A stretch of 64,000 nt of DNA, from NCBI GenBank assembly GCA_964016885.1, contig OZ024743.1:264864001-264928000 (forward strand), written 5' to 3'. Origin of the DNA: Eledone cirrhosa (taxonomy: Eukaryota). The notes under the pieces were generated by a model. It was given only the letters and a program-made list of their open reading frames with translations. It made no database searches and was not told the origin of the DNA. Made by a program: the position numbers and the translations under genes. Positions 54,601-64,000 of this stretch are shown here, one piece after another. How positions within the stretch are numbered: the stretch's first letter is position 1; every line of letters starts with the position of its first letter.

Positions 54601-57600
54601 TCTTAATAATTTCTTTAATTTCTTTAGTCAAACTACGGCGATAGCTTACATTTATAATGATTTCAAACCCGCACGCTGTTTCGAAAATATTCTTACTTGA
54701 AATTACGTTCGCTAACTTTATAGCTTCTATTTTGAATGTAAAGAGACGAGTGATGTGTTGGTGTAAATGGTAGCACAGTGTTCTGGATAACCAAAGATGT
54801 TGGTTCGACTTCGATGTACTTTAATACTCATCTTCTTCCATTTCTCCGAGGGTTCTTAATCCCAATATCAGGCTAAATAATTTCTTTAATTTCTTTATTC
54901 AAAATACAGCGAGGGCTTACATTTATAATAATTTGAAACCCGCTTGATGTTTCGAAAATACTCATGCTTGACATTTCAGTCGCTAAGTTTATAGCTTCTA
55001 ATTTGAATGCAAAGAGACTGGTGATGTGTTGGTATAAATGGTAGCACAGCGTTCTGGATAACCAAAGATGTTTTGTTGGACTTCCGTGTACTTTAATACT
55101 CATCTTTTTCCATTTAACCGAGGGGTCTTAACCCCACTATCAGGCTAAATCATTTCTTTAATTTATTTATTCAAAATACGGTGATAGCTTACATTAAAAA
55201 TAATTTCAAACACACTCGCTGTGTCGAAAGTATTCTTACTTTACATTACAGTAGCTAAATTTATAGCTTCTAATTTGAATGGAAAGAGACTGGTGATGTG
55301 TTGGTGTAAATGGTAGCACAGTGGTCTGGATAACCAAATATGTTGGATCGACTTCCATGTACGTCAATAATCATCTATTTCCATTTCTCCCAGTGTTTTC
55401 AGCCCCACTATCGGGCTAAATACTTTCTTTAATAATCTTTAGTCAAAATACGGCGATAGCTTACATTTATAATAATTTCAAACCCGCTGGCTGTTTCGAA
55501 AATATTCTTACTTGACTTTACACTCGCTAAGTTTATAGCTTCTAATTTGAATGCAAAATGACGCGGGATGGGTTCGTGTAAATGGTAGCACAATTGTCTT
55601 TGATAACCAAAGATGTGGGTTCGAGTCCCATGTACGTCAATACTCATCTTTTTCCATTTCTCTGAGGGTCCTTAACCCCAATATCAGACTAAATAATTTC
55701 TTTAATTTCTGTAGTCAAAATACGGCGATAGCTTACATTTATAATAATTTCAAACCCGCTCGCTGTTTCTAAAAATTCTTACTTGACATTACGGTCGCTA
55801 AGTTTATACCTTCTAATTTGAATAGAAAGAGACCGGTGTTGTTTTGGATGTAAATGGTATCACAGTGGTCTGGATAACCAAAGATGTGGATTCGACTTCC
55901 ATGTACGTCAATATTCATCTTTTTCCATTTCTCCGAGGGTTCTTAACCCCCACAATGAGGCTAGATAATTTCTTTAATTTATTTAGTCAAAATACGGCGA
56001 TAGCTTACATTTAGAATAATTTCAAACCCTCTCGCTGTTTCGAAAATATTCTTTTTGACATTACAGTCGCTAAGTTTATAGCTTCTAATTTGAATGGAAA
56101 GAGACGGGTGATGTTTTGGATGTAAATGGTATCACAGTGGTCTGGATAACCAAAGATGTGTGTTCGACTTCCATGTACGTCAATACTCATCTTTTTCCAT
56201 TTCCCCGATGGTTCTTAAGCCCTACAATCAGGCTAAATAATTTCTTTAATTTCTTTAGTCAAAATACGAGGATAGCTTACATTTATAATAATTTCAAACC
56301 CGCTCGCTGTTTCGAAAATATTCTTACTTTACATTACCGTAGCTAAATTTATAGCTTCAAATTTGAATGGAAAGAGACGGGTGATGTGTTGGTGTAAATG
56401 GTAGCACAGTAGTCTGGATAACCAAAGATGTGGGATCGACTTCCATGTACGTCAATTCTCATCTTTTTCGATTTCTCCGAGGGTTCTTAAAACCATTATC
56501 AGGCTAAATAATTTCTCTAATTTCTTTAGTCAAAATACAGCGATACCTTACATTTATAATAATTTGAAACACGCACGCTGTTTCGAAAATATTCTTACTT
56601 GAAATTACATTCGCTAATTTTATAGCTTCTATTTTGAATGCAAAGAGACGGGTGATATGTTGGGGTAAATAGTAGCACAGTGTTCTGGATAACCAAAGAT
56701 GTTGGTTCGACTTCGATGTACTTTAATACTCATCTTTTTCCATTTCTCCGAGGGTTCTTAACCCCAATATCAGGCTAAATAATTTCTTTAATTTCTTTAT
56801 TCAAAATACAGCGAGAGCTTACATTTATAATAATTTCAAACCCGCTTGCTGTAACGAAAATATTCTTACTTTACATTACAGTAGCTAAAGTTATAGCTTC
56901 TAATTCGAATGGAAAGGGACTGGTGATGTGTTGGTGTAAATGGTAGCACAGTGGTCTGGATAACCAAAGATGTGGGATCGACTTCCATGTACGTCAATAA
57001 TCATCTTTTTCCATTTCTCGGACGGTTCTTAACCCCCACAATCAGGCTAAATAATTTCTTTAATTTCTTTATTCAAAATACAGCGATAGCTCACATTTAT
57101 AATAATTTCAAACCCGCTTCCTGTTTCTAAAATACTCATACTTGACATTTCAGTCGCTAAGTTTATAGCTTCTAATTTGAATGCAACGAGACGGGTGATG
57201 TGTTGGTGTAAATGGTAGCACAGTGTTCTGGATAACCAAAGATGTTGGTTCGACATCCATGTACTTTAATACTCATCTTTTTACATTTCTCCGAGGGTTC
57301 TTAACCCCACTATCAGGCTAAATAATTTCTTTAATTTCTTTACTCAAAATACAGCGATAGCTTACATTTATATTAATTTCAAACACGCTTGCTGTTTCGA
57401 AAATATTCTTACTTGACATTACAGTCACTAAGTTTATTGCTTTTATTTGAATGGAAAGAGACGGGTGATGTGTTGGTGTAAATGATAGCACAGTTGTCTT
57501 TGATAACCAAAGATGTGGGTTCTACTTCCATGTACGTCAATAGTCATCTTTTTCCATTTCTCCGAGGGTTCTTAACCCCCACAATCATGCTAGATAAATT

Positions 57601-60600
57601 CTTTAATTTCTTTAGTCAAAATACGTTGATAGCTTACATTTATAATAATTTCAAACCCTCTCGTTGTTTCGAAAATATTCTTATTGACATTACGGTCGCT
57701 AAGTTTATAGCCTCTAATTTGAATTGAAACAGAGGGAGATGTTTTGATGTTAATGGTACCACAGTGGTCTGTATAACCAAAGAAGTGGGTTCGACTTCCA
57801 TGTACGTCAATACTCATCTTTTTCCATTTCTCAGAGGGTTCTTAACCCCACTATTAGGCTAAATAATTTCTTTAATTTATTTATTCAAAATACAGCGATA
57901 GCTTACATTTATAATAATTTCAAACTCGCTTGCTGTTTCAAAAATACTCATAATTGACATTTCAGTCGCCAAGTTTATAGCTTCTAATTTGAATGCAAAG
58001 AGACGGGTGATGTGTTGGTGTAAATGGTAGCACGGTGTTCAGGATAACTAAAGATGTTGGTTCTACTTCCATGTACTTTAATACTCATCTTTTTCGATTT
58101 CTCCGAGGGTTCTTAACCCCACTATCAGGCTAAATAATTTCTTTAATTTCTTTAGTCAAAATACGGCGATAGCTTACATTTATATTAATTTCAAACCCGC
58201 TCGCTGTTTCGAAAATATTCTTACTTGACATTACAGTCGCTAAATTTATTGCTTCTAATTTGAATGGAAAGAGACGGGTGATGTGTTGGTGTAAATGGTA
58301 GCACAGTGGTCTGGATAACCAAAGATGTGGGTTCGACTCCCATGTGCGTCAATACTCATCTTTTTCCATTTCTCAGAGGGTTCTTAACCCCACTATCGGG
58401 CTAAATTATTTCTTTAATTTCTTTCCTCAAAATACGACAATAGCTTACATTTATAATAATTTCAAACCCGCTCGCTGTTTCGAAAATATTCTTACTTGAA
58501 ATTACATTCGCTAAGTTTATATCTTCTAATTTGAATGGAAAGAGACGGGTGATGTGTTGGTCTAAATGGTAGCACAGTGGTCTGAATAGCCAAAGATGTG
58601 TGTTCGACTTCCATGTACGTCAATAGTCATCTTTTTCAATTTCTCCGAGGGTTCTTAGGGCATTATCAGGCTAAATAATTTCTTTAATTTCTTTACTCAA
58701 AATACGGCGATAGCTTTCATTTATAATAATTTCAAACCCACTCACTGTTTCGAAAATATTCTTACTTTACTTTACAGTAGCTAAATTTATAGCTTCTAAT
58801 TTGAATGGAAAGAGACTGGTGATGTGTTTGTGTAAATAGTAGCACAGTCGTCTGGATAACCAAAGATGTGGGTTCGACTCCCATGTAAGTCAATACTCAT
58901 CTTGTTCAATTTCTCCGAGGGTTCTTAACGGCATTATCAGGCTAAATAATTTCTTTAATTTCTTTAGGTAAATACGACGATAGCTTACATTTATAATAAT
59001 TTCAAACACGGTCGCTGTTTCGAAAATATTCTTACTTGACATTACCGTCGCTAAGTTTATAGCCTCTAATTTGAATTGAAACAGAGGGAGATGTTTTGAT
59101 GTAAATGGTACCACAGTGGTCTGTATAACCAAAGAAGTGGGTTCGACTTCCATGTACGTCAATACTCATCTTTTTCGATTTCTCCGAGGGTTCTTAACTC
59201 CACTATTAGGCTAAATAATTTCTTTAATTTCTTTACTCAAAATACGACAATAGCATACATTTATAATAATTTCAAACCCGTTCGCTGTTTCGAAAATACT
59301 CATACTTGACATTTCAGTCGCTAAGTTTATAGCTTCTAATTTGAATGCAAAGAGATGGGTGATGTGTTGGTCTAAATGGTAGCACAGTGTTCTGGATTAC
59401 CAAAGATGTGGGTTCGACTTCAATGTACATTCAATATTCATTTTTTCCATTTCTCCGACGCTTCTTAACCCCACTATCAGGCTAAATAATGTCTTTAATT
59501 TCTTTAGTCAAAATACGTTGATAGCTTACATTTATATTAATTTCAAACCCGCTCGCTGTTTCAAAATTATTCTTACTTGACATTACAGTCGTAGAGTTTA
59601 TATCTTCTAATTTTTGAATGGAGAGTGACAGGTGATGGGTTGGTGTAAATGGTAGCACAGTGGTCTGGATAACGAAAAAAGTGGGTTTGCCTCCCATGTA
59701 CGTCATTATTCATCTTTTTCCATTTGTCAGAGGGTTCTTAACTCCAATATCACTTTAATAATTTTTTTAATTTCTTTAGTAAAAATACGGTGATAGCTTA
59801 CATTGATAATAATTTCAAACCCGCTCGCTGTGTCGAAAATATGCTTACTTTACATTAAAGTAGCTAGATTTATAGCTTCTCATTTGAATGGAAGGAGACT
59901 AATGATGTGTTGGTGTAAATGATAGGACAGTGGTCTGGATAACCAAAGATGTGGGTTCGACTCCCATGTAAGTCAATACTCATATTTTTCGATTTCTTCG
60001 AGGGTTCTTAACCCCACTATCAGGCTAAATAATTTCTTTAATTTCTTTATTCAAAATACGGCGATAGCTTACATTTATATTAATTTCAAACCCGCTCGCT
60101 GTTTCGAAAATATTCTTACTTTACATTACAGTCGTTAAATTTATTGCTTCTAATTTAAATGGAAAGAGACGGGTGATGTGTTGTTGTTAATGGTAGCACA
60201 GCGGTCTGGATAACAAAAGATGTGGGTTCGACTCCCATGTGCGTCAATACTCATCTTTTTACATTTCTCCGAGGGTTCTTAACACCACTATCAGGCTAAA
60301 TCATTTCTTTAATTTCTTTATTCAAAATACAGCGATAGCTTACATTTATAATAATTTCAAACTCGCTTGCTGTTTCGAAAATACTCATACTTGACATTTC
60401 AGTCGCCAAGTTGATAGCTTCTAATTTGAGTGCAAAGAGACGGGTGATGTGTTGGTGTAAATGGTAGCACAGTGTTCTGGATAACCAAAGATGTTGGTTC
60501 TACTTCCATGTACTTTAATACTCATCTTTTTCGATTTCTCCGAGGGTTCTTAACCCCACTATCAGGCTAAATAATTTCGTTAATTTCTTTAGTCAAAATA

Positions 60601-61975
60601 CGGCGATAGCTTACATTTATATTAATTTCAAACCCGCTCGCTGTTTCGAAAATATTCTTACTTGACATTACAGTCGCTAAATTTATTGCTTCTAATTTAA
60701 ATGGAAAGAGACGGGTGATGTGTTGGTGTAAATGGTAGCACAGTGGTCTGTATAACCAAAGATGTGGGTTCGACTCCCATGTGCGTCAATACTCATCTTT
60801 TTCCATTTCTCAGAGGGTTCTTAACCCCACTATCGGGCTAAATTATTTCTTTAATTTCTTTACTCAAAATATGACAATAGCTTACATTTATAATAATTTC
60901 AAACCCGCTCGCTGTTTCGAAAATATTCTTACTTGATATTACAGTTGCTAAATTTATTGTTTCTAATTTAAATGGAAAGAGACGGGTGATGTGTTGGTGT
61001 AAATGGTAGCACAGTGGTCTGGATAACCAAAGATGTGTGTTCGACTCCCATGTGCGTCAATACTTATCTTTTTCCATTACTCCGAGGGTTCTTAACCCCA
61101 CTATCAGGCTAAATTATTTCTTTAATTTCTTTATTCAAAATACAGCGATAGCTTACATTTATAATAATTTCACGCTCGCTTGCTGTTTCCAAAATACTCA
61201 TACTTGACATTTCAGTCGCCAAGTTCATAGCTTCTAATTCGAATGCAAAGAGACGGGTGATGTGTTGGTGTAAATGGTTGCACATTGTCCTGGATAAATA
61301 AAGATGTTGGTTCTACTTCCCTGTACTTTAATACTCATCTTTTTCCATTTCTCCGAGGGTTTTTAACCCCACTATCAGGCTAAATCATTTCTTAGTTTCT
61401 TTATTCAAAATACGGCGATAGCTTACATTTATAATAATTTCAAACCCGCTCGCTGTTTCGAAAATATTCTTACTGACATTACAGTGGCTAGGTTTATAGC
61501 TTCTAATTTGAATGCAAAGAGACGGGTGATGTGTTGATGGAAATTGTAGCACAGTGGTCTGGATAACCAAAGATGTGGGTTCGACTCCCATGTGCGTCAA
61601 TACTCATCTTTTTCCATTTCTTCGAGGGTTCTTAACCCCACTATCAGGCTAAATCATTTCTTTAATTTATTTATTCAAAATACAGCGATAGCTTACATTT
61701 ACAATAATTTCAAACCTGCTCGCTGTTTCTAAAATATTCTTACTTGACATTGCAGTCGCTAAGTTTATAGCTTCTAATTTGAATGGAAAGAGACGGGTGA
61801 TGTGTTGGTGTAAATCGTAGCAGAGTGGTCTGGATAACCAAAGATGTTTGTTCGACTCCCATGTATGTCAATACTCATCTTTTTCCATTTTTCCGAGAAT
61901 TCTTATCCCCACTATCAGTCTAAATAATTTCTTTAATTTCTTTAGTCAAAATACGGCGATAGCTTACATTTATAA
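51695..61975 (+). repeat. Tandem array of about 38 units of ~272 bp, each containing a tRNA-like module
   Basis: Period measured from gtttcgaaaat at 51695, 51966, 52238; units diverged by several %; (TA)n on both flanks. Confidence 0.95.
51769..61870 (+). tRNA. About 38 tRNA-like genes or pseudogenes (first 51769-51840, e.g. 58280-58351, last 61799-61870), consensus anticodon GGA
   Basis: 72-nt cloverleaf GATGTGT-TG-GTGT-AAATGGTA-GCAC-A-GTGGT-CTGGATA-ACCAA-AGAT-GTGGG-TTCGACT-CCCAT-GTACGTC-A; A and B boxes; TTTTT about 9 nt downstream. Confidence 0.65.
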
Positions 61976-62169
61976 TATATATATATATATATATATACAA
62001 AATTTAATACAGCATCATCGAAGCTGGTGTTACAGCCAAGCTAACGAATGCATCTTGGTGTGCAGTTAAGCACTCAATAGCGTATATTACCATATAGTTA
62101 TAGCATTACGTTTAGACAGCTTTGCAAATTGAAGACAGCGACCGATAGCGACAAATATATATATATATA

Positions 62170-62587
<418 letters not shown>

Positions 62588-63311
62588 GCGTACATATTCA
62601 TACAATATATATATAATTGTCTGTTTGTGTGTGTGTGTATCTAAGACATTTGATTATGAATTTTAAAACATGAGGATGCACAACGTAAAAGAAGGGAAAA
62701 TATAACGGAACAATTATATTAGTTTGTATTTGTTGGGCAAGATAATGCTTTTGACTGATATAAATAAAGGGAAATAGTAATGTAGATTCTACATTACTAT
62801 TTCCCTTTGTACAACTTGCTTTTATTTGTACTACTAAATATTTAATACCATCATTTATTGAGGTCGATTCTAGTAAACATGTATATTTTCCTATTTTTAT
62901 TTACTTCTTTGTCACCTCTCTAATTACTAAAAAAAATAACGCTGTTGCACTGTATTTTCATCATATTCACAACTTAGTGCCATGATCATATAAATTACTA
63001 CCCACCACTAATTTCCAACACCCCATTTCTAATGGCCTTATAATCATGCTTTTCCCAGTGTCAAAATGTCGGAGGTCATAGAATCTCACTTCAGAGAAAT
63101 GGCTTTTGAAGCCGACTTCAGAGTTAAATATGTGTGATGGGATGAAATCCGTTAATGACTCATGATGAACGAAAGGGGTGTATAAAACAAGTCTTCGCTA
63201 TTTACGAACCCGAAGATTGAACTAACATCCATGCCTCTTTTATATATAATAATGTATGTATGAACCATTTGGAATATCCTCTGCAATTCGATATATACAT
63301 AGGTGGATGTT

Positions 63312-63429
<118 letters not shown>

Positions 63430-63647
63430 TGTGTATGTGTGTGTGTGTATGTGTGTGTGTGTGTGTATGCCGGGTTCAATCGGAGGTTACCACATTAAGT
63501 AAGGTACTCAATACATAGCACAGTATAAATATTTGATATCGAAATGGGCTTTCCTGAAGCTTTCCTTCAAATGAAACAGTTCTAGTCGCGTAGAAACCTT
63601 TATATATATATATATAATGTATAAAATCAATACAATATTATTACCTC

Positions 63648-63711
63648 ATTACCAGAGGTTTCCCGAATGAGGCGGTTTCGTATTCGCCTCATTCGGGAAA
63701 CCTCTGGTAAT
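63648..63711. repeat. Perfect 27-bp inverted repeat with 10-nt loop
   Basis: ATTACCAGAGGTTTCCCGAATGAGGCG-gtttcgtatt-reverse complement. Confidence 0.9.
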
Positions 63712-64000
63712 TTTGCTCTGATACTGACATAGAGCACTCTTCATTTCTATGACCTTTTCTGTTTCTAACTGAAATTTTAATACTTATATATATATATATA
63801 TATTTGGTTTCTGAATTTGTTTAGCAAGATTCTTTATCTGAAAACGTGTGTTGAAACCGATTTAGAAGGGCCCTAGATAAACTTAAACTAAATATTAAGA
63901 TAGTAGAAATACCAGGTACCTCCATAAAAACACTTATTAATAATACATACCCTTTTCAAAGACATCCCTGTATAGATATGAAATGCATAATCTGTAAACT

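Noticed and set aside
51695-61975. Short ORFs across the 272-bp array, or a CRISPR-like reading
   Set aside because: ORFs are inconsistent between units and full of stops; whole units repeat with no unique spacers

Overview
AT-rich, microsatellite-dense eukaryotic (animal) DNA with no supportable host protein-coding gene. The repeat content resembles a mollusc or cephalopod genome, which is my inference. Nearly all short ORFs in the track are microsatellite artefacts. Real content: (1) several Penelope-like element (PLE) fragments (RT and GIY-YIG), two of them as large fold-back palindromes ending in (TA)n; (2) a near-perfect 310-bp tandem array (22271-25510) that flips orientation at about 24004 and carries an intact minimal type I hammerhead ribozyme in every unit (11 copies), i.e. 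a retrozyme-like, probably circRNA-producing element; (3) many small fold-back elements with hammerhead remnants beside (TA)n; (4) a CRE-type RLE retrotransposon fragment and a CR1/L2-type fragment; (5) a head-to-tail chain of three decayed Tx1/L1-clade LINEs and SINEs nested in each other's (ATT)n tails, where the SINE and LINE share a 3' motif; (6) a 10.3-kb array of about 38 units of ~272 bp, each holding a 72-nt tRNA-like cloverleaf (mostly GGA anticodon on a short-variable-arm body) plus a T-run terminator, with higher-order periodicity.
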